Part shown: piece by piece, positions 27,215 to 35,959 of the stretch
Numbering within the stretch: position 1 is the stretch's first letter
How the letters are laid out: every line of letters begins with the position of its first letter
Assembly (NCBI GenBank): GCA_016181305.1
Contig: JACOZN010000006.1
Span: 1 to 35,959, forward strand
Direction: 5' to 3'
DNA from: Candidatus Woesearchaeota archaeon
GTDB taxonomy: Archaea > Nanobdellota > Nanobdellia > Woesearchaeales > GW2011-AR4
Length of the DNA: 35,959 bases
The notes under the pieces: generated by a model
What the model saw: only the letters and a program-made list of their open reading frames with translations
What the model was told of the DNA's origin: nothing
The model's database searches: none
Position numbers and translations under genes: made by a program

Positions 27215-28339
27215 ATGGTAATCAGCCGCATAAAGAGGTTCTTTGAAAGCCAGAGAAACAAGCTTGCCGAGCGCAGAAGGGAAAAGGAAAGCGCAGAGTC
27301 TTTCAAGGAAACAGAGGAGATGCGCAAGGCAGAGGAATTAAAGAGGGAAGCAGACAGATTAGCGCAATTAAAGCAGTACCAAACCGCAATTGAAGAATAC
27401 AACAAAGCATTGGAATTCTACCCTTACAAGGGCAATGAGCAGGACTTGTTCAAGAATGCAGCAGAGTTTTTGTTCAAGTGCAACTACAACATGGCAGCAT
27501 GCTATTCCTACCTTGACAATTTTGACGCGGCAATAAGCTACTTCAACAATGCGCTGCAAATCCAGTCAGCAGAGGATGAAAACAAGGTAAGGGCATTGAT
27601 GGGGAAGGGAAGCACTTACTACAGGAAGAAATTGTTTATCGAGGGAAGGTACAGGGCAGGCGCTTACAGGATTTCAATGGACACAGACTGGGAAGTAAGC
27701 GACAGGAAGATCGAGGAATACAAGAAAGAGGACAGCAAAAAAAGCTACATAAAGATGGCGCATGAGTGCTTTTCAAACTCCGCAGAGCTTGACAGGAGCC
27801 ATGCAGAGGCATGGTACAGCAAGGGGCACATGGAAGTTTTAATGAACAAAATCAAGGATGCAGTGCAGTCATTCGACAATGTGCTGAACATCAGCAAGAG
27901 CTATGAAAACAAGGAAAACATATCATTGTTTGACGAAATCAAGAGGGAAAAGGGAATTTCAATCAAGGCTTCTGAGATAATGGAAAGAAGCGAAAGCTCA
28001 GAGCCAAGCTTCAAAACCAAGACAGGGCATCTTGTCAGGACAAGGGCGGAAATGGAGATTGCAAACTTTTTGTTCGACAATAATTTATTGTTCCAGTACA
28101 ATGCAGTTGCAACATGGGCTGACAAGGACGATTTCAGGGCTTCATTCTACGTGCCGAAGCTTGACTTGTACATAGACCATCATCCTTATGATTATCTTAA
28201 GGAATACCAGAAAGTCATGAAAGCCAAGATAAAGCAGTACGAGAAGCACAAGAAGAAGCATGTTTACATTACTTCCGAGGACGAGAAGAACATTGAGGAA
28301 GCTATAAAATTAAAGATGAAGCCGTATATCATATTGTAG
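27215..28339 (+). CDS. TPR-repeat protein with C-terminal PD-(D/E)xK-like domain
   Basis: TPR patterns (AIEEYNKALE, AISYFNNALQ, AWYSKG...AVQSFDNVL). C-terminal TKTGHLVRTRAEMEIANFLF resembles the HelD/UvrD-associated nuclease-like domain. Confidence 0.8.
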   Translation: MVISRIKRFFESQRNKLAERRREKESAESFKETEEMRKAEELKREADRLAQLKQYQTAIEEYNKALEFYPYKGNEQDLFKNAAEFLFKCNYNMAACYSYLDNFDAAISYFNNALQIQSAEDENKVRALMGKGSTYYRKKLFIEGRYRAGAYRISMDTDWEVSDRKIEEYKKEDSKKSYIKMAHECFSNSAELDRSHAEAWYSKGHMEVLMNKIKDAVQSFDNVLNISKSYENKENISLFDEIKREKGISIKASEIMERSESSEPSFKTKTGHLVRTRAEMEIANFLFDNNLLFQYNAVATWADKDDFRASFYVPKLDLYIDHHPYDYLKEYQKVMKAKIKQYEKHKKKHVYITSEDEKNIEEAIKLKMKPYIIL

Positions 28340-28418
28340 AGTTCTGGATTAGGCAATTTAGAATAATTAAAGACTTAATCAGCTAATATTTATAAATTAA
28401 GATAGATTGCTTGAGATA

Positions 28419-29081
28419 ATGGGGCAGGATATATCTCATCTTGTGGAAATCATGGAAAAAATCAAGGATGTGGGGAGGTTGCCGACTTACGAGGAGGTGC
28501 AGTACTTCCTCAGGGCTGTCTCTGAAAACAAGGGAGGCATTAGAAGCAAGTTAGGGCTAATTTATCCGCATGACAGCTACAGCATTTACACTGGCGAATT
28601 TGTTGATGAGCTGGCATCCGTCATAAGGGGACTAAATGAGCACCCGATCATAGAGATATGTGCAGGCAACGGAAAGCTGTCCTATCATTTAAGGAAAAGA
28701 GGGTTAGAAATCAAGGCAACAGACGACTATTCTTTAAAAGAAATAGAAAGGCAGGAAGAGCTTGTGGAAAGAGCCACTCATAATGAAGCTTTGCGAAGAC
28801 ACCAGCCAAGAATTGTCCTTGGCTCATGGATACCTAACCAAACAAGAATAGGGTTTGATGTTCTGGGATTCCCGACAGTAGGGTACTTCATTGATATAGG
28901 GGAGGATAATCTGGCAGAAGATAGAAATAGGCATGGCTGGAGGACTCTAGACTTGTATATGAGGGAAGATTTGCAGGTAACCCATTTGGCAAGTGCTCAA
29001 AAATATCACTGCAGCCACTGGAATCCAGATGTTGTCTTGTTTGTAAAGAAAGGGAATGGCTCAGGCAGCACAACGTTATAA
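28419..29081 (+). CDS. SAM-dependent methyltransferase-like protein
   Basis: IIEICAGNGKLS motif I and ATDD acidic motif. TTTATAAA at 28390 supports ATG 28419. Confidence 0.6.
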   Translation: MGQDISHLVEIMEKIKDVGRLPTYEEVQYFLRAVSENKGGIRSKLGLIYPHDSYSIYTGEFVDELASVIRGLNEHPIIEICAGNGKLSYHLRKRGLEIKATDDYSLKEIERQEELVERATHNEALRRHQPRIVLGSWIPNQTRIGFDVLGFPTVGYFIDIGEDNLAEDRNRHGWRTLDLYMREDLQVTHLASAQKYHCSHWNPDVVLFVKKGNGSGSTTL

Positions 29082-29194
29082 GATTATAAATATACCCCAT
29101 TCTAAAACAACACTTAGCCAGCTTTGCCCAAAAACCCGCCACTGGACATCTGCTAACGCAGGCTATTTAAGGGAGTTCTGCATTGCTTTGCTTA

Positions 29195-29959
29195 ATGATA
29201 ACCTCCACATTCATCTTTTTGGAAAGAATAGGCGATAAGATTGAAAAAAACATATGGAACAATGGGATATCTGACTGGCACTCGTTCCTCAACAGAAAAT
29301 ACATCAAAGGCATGTCAAGGCACAGAAAGCTGCACTATGACAGGAAAATACTGAATGCAAGAAAAGCGCTCTATAATTTTGATTCAGGATATTTCCTTGA
29401 TTTACTGCCACAATCAGAAATGTGGAGATTGTATGATTTCTTCAGGGAAGATGCCGTTTTCCTGGACATTGAAACAACCGGCCTGAGCAAAAGCAATGAT
29501 GACATAACAGTTTTCGGGCTTTATGACGGGATAAGCACAAAAATAATGATAAAGGGAATGAATCTTCACTACAATTCGCTGAAAAAAGAACTGCAAAAAT
29601 ACAAATTGATTGTAACCTTCAATGGAGCTTCTTTTGACCTGCCTTTCATTGAAAAAAGATACCCGGATTTGCTGCCCAAAGTGCCTAACTTTGATGTGAG
29701 GTCAGTTACAGACAGGCTTGGCCTGAAAGGCGGCTTGAAAAATATTGAAAAGGCTTTGGGAGTCAAAAGAAGCGGCATAGTTGAAAAATTATACGGCGGA
29801 GACGCTTTAAGATTATGGAGAATGTACAGGGCAACTGGCGATGATTACTATCTTAATTTACTGGTTGAATACAACGAGTGCGATATTATCAATCTGAAAA
29901 TTGTGGCTGAGCATTGCGTGAAGAAAATAAAGGAGAAGATGTTTAATTTATTCCATTAA
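29195..29959 (+). CDS. RNase H-like DEDD exonuclease (YprB/RNase_H_2 type)
   Basis: FLDIETTG, VTFNGASFDLPF and YNECD. Confidence 0.85.
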   Translation: MITSTFIFLERIGDKIEKNIWNNGISDWHSFLNRKYIKGMSRHRKLHYDRKILNARKALYNFDSGYFLDLLPQSEMWRLYDFFREDAVFLDIETTGLSKSNDDITVFGLYDGISTKIMIKGMNLHYNSLKKELQKYKLIVTFNGASFDLPFIEKRYPDLLPKVPNFDVRSVTDRLGLKGGLKNIEKALGVKRSGIVEKLYGGDALRLWRMYRATGDDYYLNLLVEYNECDIINLKIVAEHCVKKIKEKMFNLFH

Positions 29960-30001
29960 TCAACAAACCAATTATAAAATCAAAAAACGAGAAATGCAAA
30001 A

Positions 30002-30259
30002 CTATTCAATCACAACTTTGCTCCCGATGCTCTGCCCCGGCATTCCACTCTCGAAAATAACCCTCAATGCGCCTGAGTTGCCGTGCGCAGATGCAATCTT
30101 GCCCGCCAACACTTTGCCTGCAGAAGTCTTCCACTCAACCATTCTGCCAACAAGCTTTGAAGCCTTTTCCTTTGAGTCAATGCTGCTGACTTGTATAATC
30201 ATGTGGTTGCCTTTCTTAACCCTTCTCGAGCCCCTGTAATTGACTATCGTCCCTTCCAT
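30002..30259 (-). CDS. rpl35ae: 50S ribosomal protein L35Ae
   Basis: GTIVNYRGSRR...GKIASAHGNSGALRVIFESGMPGQSIG. Confidence 0.95.
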   Translation of the reverse strand: MEGTIVNYRGSRRVKKGNHMIIQVSSIDSKEKASKLVGRMVEWKTSAGKVLAGKIASAHGNSGALRVIFESGMPGQSIGSKVVIE

Positions 30260-30314
30260 GAGAATTCAGGAAAATATGGTATTTTAAAAAGGTTGCTGTT
30301 TTTGTATATTCACG

Positions 30315-31076
30315 CTATGAACATGTGGATAGCATATCCTCTATGCTTAAAAGGCTTACATTAGAATGGCCCTGCCCTAAGAAATCCACTAAATTGTCTT
30401 TTCCTTCTGTATCTTTTGAGCTTCTGAATCTTACAACAACAATTTCTCCATTGCTAGTCTCTGTATTCCCGGTAAAGGGCACTACTTCAATTTTTGAGCC
30501 ATTATCACCTGTTACTTTCTTTATCCTATACCCAATGGGCTCTGAAGAAGGTTTCTCCAGCCTGTCCGGTATTGCAATATCCAACCTCCTTGAAGGGTAT
30601 AAAAAATCAATGAATGCTTTTAATCCAACTAATGGGGAGTATGCTTTCAAGACAACATGATTATCAGCACCATACGCAACCTTTGCAATATGCCTGAGTT
30701 CCCATTCCAGCTTATCTGGGTGGTAACGCATTAGCCTGCCCAAACCCCTGCCATCTGCTGAAATGTCTCCGAATTTAAAATAAGTGCGGACTCCGCGCCT
30801 TGTTTCTGATATTTCAACGAAATGCTCTCTTATTTCCTGCTCTGCTTTTTCATAGCTACCGCCGTCCAATATAGAATTAGCAATCTTGCCAATAAGCTCC
30901 TGCTGGGACTCTGGCTTTTCATGTAAAGATTTGATTGGAAGGATAAATCCAATCCCCCCATATATGTTAGTGGGCAGCGATAAGACTTCTTCTTTATTAA
31001 ATATTCCCCTGCCATAACGCATGGCGTATGAGGCGCCTTCGGTAAGCCCCTTTGGGCTATTCAAGCTTGGATTCAT
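30315..31076 (-). CDS. Hypothetical protein, 253 aa
   Basis: Long ORF with no recognised motif. The start is uncertain. Confidence 0.55.
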   Translation of the reverse strand: MNPSLNSPKGLTEGASYAMRYGRGIFNKEEVLSLPTNIYGGIGFILPIKSLHEKPESQQELIGKIANSILDGGSYEKAEQEIREHFVEISETRRGVRTYFKFGDISADGRGLGRLMRYHPDKLEWELRHIAKVAYGADNHVVLKAYSPLVGLKAFIDFLYPSRRLDIAIPDRLEKPSSEPIGYRIKKVTGDNGSKIEVVPFTGNTETSNGEIVVVRFRSSKDTEGKDNLVDFLGQGHSNVSLLSIEDMLSTCS

Positions 31077-31130
31077 ATTTTCGTGGTAATTGCAGCGATT
31101 TTAAAAGATTTTTCATTTTTGCTATGTAAG

Positions 31131-32342
31131 TTATATCAAATTCACCAAAATAATCGGTACAAGCAGGCAGGCCATTGAGTTGCTCCTTGAGACGTCAACA
31201 ATGTTCGGGATTAGCCCAATGAATGTCGCAATTATCAGGATTAAAAACCCAACAATCCCGGAGAAATACAAAACCATCAGCCCAATGAAGGCGATAATCC
31301 CGATGCTGAGCATTGAGTAATTCAGCCTGTTCATTATTGAGGAAAACACCTTGCTTGTGTACAAAGTGAAAAATGTGGCAATCCCTCCTGCAACAAGGGC
31401 GGCAGACATGAATAAAACAAGGATATTGAGGTTTATGTTCTGCAGCAATTGCTGCACCACAATAATAGAGCCGTTCCTTGCCTTTTCAATCGTGAAAAGC
31501 GTTATAAGCGACAAAATCATTGAAACTGTATTAATTCCACCCACCAAAACCAGATAGGCAGCAACTTCTATCTTGCCTACAACCTGCCCTGCGACCACAG
31601 CAGCCTGCGCAGGCCCCAGGCCCGGAAATATAGAGACAAGCGAGCCTGAGAAAATTCCCGATGAAAGGGCCTTTGCCATGTCTTTTGTTTTTACCTTTAT
31701 CATTTCTGTCGTTCTTTGGACAGGCAGGCTGGTTTTCTGAGTCAAACTCAAAAGCAGGACGCTGACTCCAAACAGTCCGCTTAACATCGGCAGCAATGGA
31801 TCCTTCAAATTCGGCACATTAAAAACAACCAGCCCCAAAATTCCTGACAGGGCAGCGACAGCAAATGCCCAGAATTTTTTATTCGCATTTTCCTCCCTTA
31901 AAATCATGAAAACAACGACTGCAAGCAGAATCCATCCAATGTAATCCTTGAGATAAGCAAAGATTATCGGGACAATGAATATGAGCAATGGCGACAAAAC
32001 AACAGTCAGAATCAGGCACAGCAGGCTCCCTATAACAGCCAGTTTTACCGCCTCGTGCCCCATACCTTCCAGAAGCATCCTGTGCGCAGGCAGCACAGCC
32101 AATGCAGTGTCGTCAGCAGGCGCCCCAAGATAAGTCGCGCTTATAAAATCAGCAAAAGTATGCGTTATGGACATTGCTATTATGAAGGACGCAACAGCAA
32201 TGACATTGGTGTAGCCCAAAAGAAATGGAGAAATGCTGAACAAAATCAATGCAACAAGATTTATGTGCAGGCCGGGAGTCAGGCCCGTCACAACGCCCAT
32301 AAGGCAGCCAAGGACAATTGCAATTAATATTTCCAAAAACAC
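31131..32342 (-). CDS. Tripartite tricarboxylate transporter TctA-family (DUF112) membrane protein
   Basis: GLTPGLHIN, THTFADFI, LGAP...VLPAHRMLLEG, LSGLFG and PGLGPAQA; polytopic. Confidence 0.85.
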   Translation of the reverse strand: MFLEILIAIVLGCLMGVVTGLTPGLHINLVALILFSISPFLLGYTNVIAVASFIIAMSITHTFADFISATYLGAPADDTALAVLPAHRMLLEGMGHEAVKLAVIGSLLCLILTVVLSPLLIFIVPIIFAYLKDYIGWILLAVVVFMILREENANKKFWAFAVAALSGILGLVVFNVPNLKDPLLPMLSGLFGVSVLLLSLTQKTSLPVQRTTEMIKVKTKDMAKALSSGIFSGSLVSIFPGLGPAQAAVVAGQVVGKIEVAAYLVLVGGINTVSMILSLITLFTIEKARNGSIIVVQQLLQNINLNILVLFMSAALVAGGIATFFTLYTSKVFSSIMNRLNYSMLSIGIIAFIGLMVLYFSGIVGFLILIIATFIGLIPNIVDVSRSNSMACLLVPIILVNLI

Positions 32343-32689
32343 TATCCGGTCACCCTTATTTTCTGGGCAATAATCTCATTCCTGCCCTTGTATTCCTGGA
32401 CCTCGCCAATGACTTCCACATTGTCGCCATCATGCAATTTTAATTTGTCATCGTCTGTGAACAGGACAACTGTTACGGGATTTTGCTGGTTGACATCAAT
32501 GAAAACAGCACTTCCACTGTCTGTTATCTTTGTTACAACGCCGTTCAGCTTTACATCATCTCCTACGTTTTTGTTTAATATATTTGGCTTGTAGTCTTTT
32601 ATCTCGATTTTGGTTGATATAAAATAAAGGGCAACTAGCCCCACTAAAGAGCAAATAAGCGCAATTTTCAATAATGTAGCTTCTTTCAT
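32342..32689 (-). CDS. Membrane-anchored OB-fold protein
   Basis: N-terminal TM helix, then VKLNGVVTKI...GDNVEVIGEVQEYKGRNEIIAQKI. Confidence 0.8.
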   Translation of the reverse strand: MKEATLLKIALICSLVGLVALYFISTKIEIKDYKPNILNKNVGDDVKLNGVVTKITDSGSAVFIDVNQQNPVTVVLFTDDDKLKLHDGDNVEVIGEVQEYKGRNEIIAQKIRVTG

Positions 32690-32707
32690 TTTTCAAATAC
32701 GCCGATA

Positions 32708-32767
32708 ATTACAAGGGGGTTTCCTCATTCATGCTTGAATCAAGAGGACGCTCTCGTGTTTTTGAAT
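32708..32767. repeat. Dispersed ~60-bp intergenic repeat, copy 2
   Basis: Matches 14352-14412 in the same orientation. Confidence 0.85.
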
Positions 32768-32871
32768 CTATCATTTTTAATGTGTTATTTTTATTAATTG
32801 TTTATAATATTTCCTATGCCCCGAGTTATAATAGCAACCTTTAAAAATGCCCAAGCACTTACAATACAGGG

Positions 32872-34734
32872 ATGGTTTCCATTAAATTCAATTCAACAGC
32901 GGACATTAAAATACCGAAAAAGCTTATAGAGCAGGTCATAGGTCAGGATGAGGCAGTTGAAGTCATAAGGAAGTCTGCCCAGCAGAGAAGGCACGTCCTC
33001 CTGATAGGCGAGCCGGGCACAGGCAAGTCCATGCTTGGATTGGCTCTCGCAGAGCTTTTGCCCATGGAAAAACTCACTGATACTATTGCATTTCCCAATC
33101 CGAATGATGAAAATGCGCCCTTGATAAGGACGGTTCCTGCAGGGCAGGGCAGGGATTTGGTTGCAAGGGCAAGATTGCAGAGCATGGCAATGTTCAAGAA
33201 CCAGAACATAATAGTTTTCATACTGGTGCTTATCGCCATGTTTGCCCCGTGGTGGGTGCGCTCCTACTACAAAAGCGACATAATGTTTGCAGCCTTCTTT
33301 TTGGGCGGCATGGTATTCCTTGCATCGTTTGTCATTTTCATGAACTTGAGCAAAAGAGTCGAAACCAAGGTGAAAATCCCAAGAGTCATAGTCGACAATT
33401 TCAGGAAAAAACAGGCGCCTTTCAACGACGCAACAGGAGCACATGCAGGAGCTTTGCTTGGAGACGTGCTGCACGACCCGTTCCAAAGCGGCGGATTGGG
33501 AACACCGGCCCATGAAAGGGTTGTTGCGGGCATGATTCACAAATCCCATATGGGAGTTTTGTTTATCGACGAGATAGCAACTTTGCAGCCGGCAACCCAG
33601 CAGGAATTGCTGTCAGCTTTGCAGGAAAGGAAGTTTGCAATTACGGGGCAGAGCGAGAGAAGCGCAGGCGCGATGGTAAGGACAGAGCCGGTCCCTTGCG
33701 ATTTCATACTTCTTGCAGCAGGCAATCTTGAAACCATCAAGCACATGCATCCTGCGTTGAGAAGCAGGATTTCAGGCTATGGGTACGAGATTTACATGAA
33801 AGAGACAATTCCCGACACAGAGGAAAACAGGAACAAGATTGCTGTTTTTGTCGCGCAGGAAGTCACAAAGGACAAGAAAATACCCCATTTCAGCAGGGAG
33901 GCAGTTGAAGCCATTGTCGAGGAAGCAAAAAGAAGGGCCAACAGGAAAGGGCATTTGACGTTAAGATTAAGGGAGCTTGGCGGCTTGATAAGGGCGGCTG
34001 GCGATTTGGCTGTGGAAGACAAGGCAAAGCTTGTCATGAGAAAGCACATTATCGGCGCAAAAAAAATAGCAAGGACGCTTGAGCAGCAGCTTGCCGACAA
34101 GTATATCGAGCAGAAAAAGGAATATGAAGTCATTGTTACTTCAGGAAAAAGGATTGGAAGGGTTAACGGGCTGGCTGTGATTGGGGTTACTCCACCTTAC
34201 TCTGGAATTATCCTGCCGATTGAGGCAGAGGTTACGCCCGGAGGGAAGGAAAGTGAGATAATCGCCACCGGAAAGCTAGGCGACATTGCAAAAGAAGCGA
34301 TAAAGAACGTAACCGCAATCATCAAAAAATATTTCGGAGAGGACTTGAAGGAAACTTACGATATTTATGTCCAGTTCCTGCAGACTTATGAGGGCGTTGA
34401 GGGTGATTCTGCAAGCATCGCAGTTGCCACATCTGTAATTTCGGCATTCAAGAAACTGCCCATAAAGCAGGACTTTGCAATGACCGGAAGCCTGAGCGTC
34501 AGGGGGGAAGTGCTGCCGATTGGAGGGGTAACGGCAAAAGTTGAAGCTGCAATAGAAGCGGGCATAAAGAATGTTGTTGTCCCAAAAACGAATTTGAAGG
34601 ATATAATAATTGACAAGGAAAAGATGAGTAAAATTAAAATCATTCCGGTCGAGACAATACAGGATGTTCTCAAGGTTGTGCTGGACTGGCATGGCAAGCA
34701 GAGGATTTACAGGCAGATTGTTGCTGCTGATTAG
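32872..34734 (+). CDS. lonB: Archaeal membrane-anchored Lon protease
   Basis: Walker [11 protein letters not shown] insert, Walker B LFIDEI, and protease GDSAS (Ser) with VTAKVEAA (Lys). Confidence 0.95.
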   Translation: MVSIKFNSTADIKIPKKLIEQVIGQDEAVEVIRKSAQQRRHVLLIGEPGTGKSMLGLALAELLPMEKLTDTIAFPNPNDENAPLIRTVPAGQGRDLVARARLQSMAMFKNQNIIVFILVLIAMFAPWWVRSYYKSDIMFAAFFLGGMVFLASFVIFMNLSKRVETKVKIPRVIVDNFRKKQAPFNDATGAHAGALLGDVLHDPFQSGGLGTPAHERVVAGMIHKSHMGVLFIDEIATLQPATQQELLSALQERKFAITGQSERSAGAMVRTEPVPCDFILLAAGNLETIKHMHPALRSRISGYGYEIYMKETIPDTEENRNKIAVFVAQEVTKDKKIPHFSREAVEAIVEEAKRRANRKGHLTLRLRELGGLIRAAGDLAVEDKAKLVMRKHIIGAKKIARTLEQQLADKYIEQKKEYEVIVTSGKRIGRVNGLAVIGVTPPYSGIILPIEAEVTPGGKESEIIATGKLGDIAKEAIKNVTAIIKKYFGEDLKETYDIYVQFLQTYEGVEGDSASIAVATSVISAFKKLPIKQDFAMTGSLSVRGEVLPIGGVTAKVEAAIEAGIKNVVVPKTNLKDIIIDKEKMSKIKIIPVETIQDVLKVVLDWHGKQRIYRQIVAAD

Positions 34735-35715
34735 TCACCTCCACTTCACTTCCACATCATCAGTCCTTTCATAAGGCTTGATGTCTAAAGAATTATAATT
34801 TGTTGTTGCCTGTTTTCTCTGCAAAATCCCGAGCCAGCTTATCATAAGCCCGTTGTCAACCATGACTTCGTTTGGAGGAGCATAAAACCTGCCGTTCCTT
34901 TCATTGCACATTATCGTGCACATCTCCCTCAGCCTTTTGTTGCAGCCGACACCGCCTCCAATAACCAACTCGTTCTTGTTGCAGTGCGCCATTGCACGCT
35001 CAGAAACCTCGACAAGCATGGCAAAAACAGTTTCCTGCAAAGAAAATGCCAAGTCTTCAGTATTATATTTTTTTGAGTCGTATTTTTGCTTTAAATTTGT
35101 CAAAATCCCCGAAAAGGAAACGTCCATTCCTTTTACAACATAAGGCAGCTCAATGTAGTTTTTGCCCTGCAATGCCAATTTCTCAATCTTCGGCCCGCCT
35201 GGGAATCCCAAGCCGATGTATCTTGCAAAGGCATCAATGAAATTTCCAACTCCCTGGTCCAGAGTTTCTCCAAACACCCTGTATTTTCCGCCGTCATAGG
35301 CAATGACTTGCGTGTTTGCCCCGCTCGGGTACAGCAAAACAGGGTCTTTTGCCTTTGTTAATAGCTTGCCAATCTCGAGATGGGCTATGCAGTGGTTTAC
35401 TCCAACAATTGGAATATTCAATTTTTTTGCCAATTCTGTTGATTTTTTTAATCCCACCAGCAGGCAAGGCGCCAATCCGGGCCCTTGGGAAAAAGAAATC
35501 AAATCAATATCTTCCGGTTTTAAATTTGCAGCTTTCAAAGCATCTTCCACAACCTTGTCCTTTGCATTTTCGTGATGCTGCTTTGCCTCTGTTGGATGAA
35601 TGCCTCCTTTTTCTGTCTTGTACGCATCCGTAACATTGGCAAGGATTCTTCCTTTATCATCAATTATTCCGCAGCCGAAAGTGTGGGCTGTTGATTCTAT
35701 GCCTAGGCAGTTCAT
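34735..35715 (-). CDS. kae1: tRNA N6-threonylcarbamoyladenosine synthase Kae1/TsaD
   Basis: LGIESTAHT, HPTEAKQHH, SQGPG, VNHCIAH, SGANTQ, GETLD and DNGLMI. Confidence 0.95.
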   Translation of the reverse strand: MNCLGIESTAHTFGCGIIDDKGRILANVTDAYKTEKGGIHPTEAKQHHENAKDKVVEDALKAANLKPEDIDLISFSQGPGLAPCLLVGLKKSTELAKKLNIPIVGVNHCIAHLEIGKLLTKAKDPVLLYPSGANTQVIAYDGGKYRVFGETLDQGVGNFIDAFARYIGLGFPGGPKIEKLALQGKNYIELPYVVKGMDVSFSGILTNLKQKYDSKKYNTEDLAFSLQETVFAMLVEVSERAMAHCNKNELVIGGGVGCNKRLREMCTIMCNERNGRFYAPPNEVMVDNGLMISWLGILQRKQATTNYNSLDIKPYERTDDVEVKWR

Positions 35716-35867
35716 AGCAACTTAGAAAATGATATCCAATAAAAACATTTCTAATAGAAATAAAATACAAAAACCATAGCCACCCCTCTTCGTTCCTAAT
35801 TTTTATTTTCTTTGTAGATTAATCTAGTTCTAACAAATCAAAAAAGAAAAACGTGGTTGAAAAAAAT

Positions 35868-35959
35868 ATGAAAACCATGCATAGGCTTGATCCTGCAATT
35901 AAACTAGAGGTATGGACTGTTAGTGAGCGCATGCTGAACATCTCGCCGAAGCTTGATGC
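35868..35959 (+). CDS. Possible CDS start, 3' partial (MKTMHRLDPAIKLEVW...)
   Basis: Open frame to the window end, divergent from kae1, with a weak SD. Confidence 0.3.
   Translation, partial: MKTMHRLDPAIKLEVWTVSERMLNISPKLD

Noticed and set aside
29090-29190. Moderately GC-rich intergenic stretch with a CTGC-TAAC-GCAG hairpin and a 60-aa track ORF
   Set aside because: The stem is only 4 bp, there is no second copy, and the ORF has no coding features.

Overview
This is an archaeal chromosomal window, most likely from a DPANN/Woesearchaeota-type organism. That assignment is inferred from rpl35ae, stand-alone kae1, membrane-anchored lonB, TATA-box leaderless promoters and GGGTGGT/GGTGA Shine-Dalgarno (SD) sites. 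Core genes (purM-like, gyrB, rpl35ae, lonB, kae1, TctA-family permease) alternate with orphan genes and two large, frame-broken surface-protein loci. An AT-rich defence island (~18.0-26.7 kb) carries a coupled GHKL/MORC-type ATPase + uncharacterised SAM-methyltransferase pair, a Dam-family MTase, a zinc-finger microprotein, a convergent type II R-M module with two winged-helix controllers, and two HTH-MNT/HEPN toxin-antitoxin pairs with palindromic operators. Features missed by the ORF track include two AbrB-PhoU regulators, each divergent from an SD-led micro-ORF cluster containing a 46-aa zinc-ribbon protein, and probable ATT/ATC initiation codons at a fixed SD spacing. It also missed a ~60-bp repeat present twice 18 kb apart. 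I found no tRNA, rRNA, CRISPR array, integrase or transposase. All family assignments come from motif recognition by eye, not database searches.
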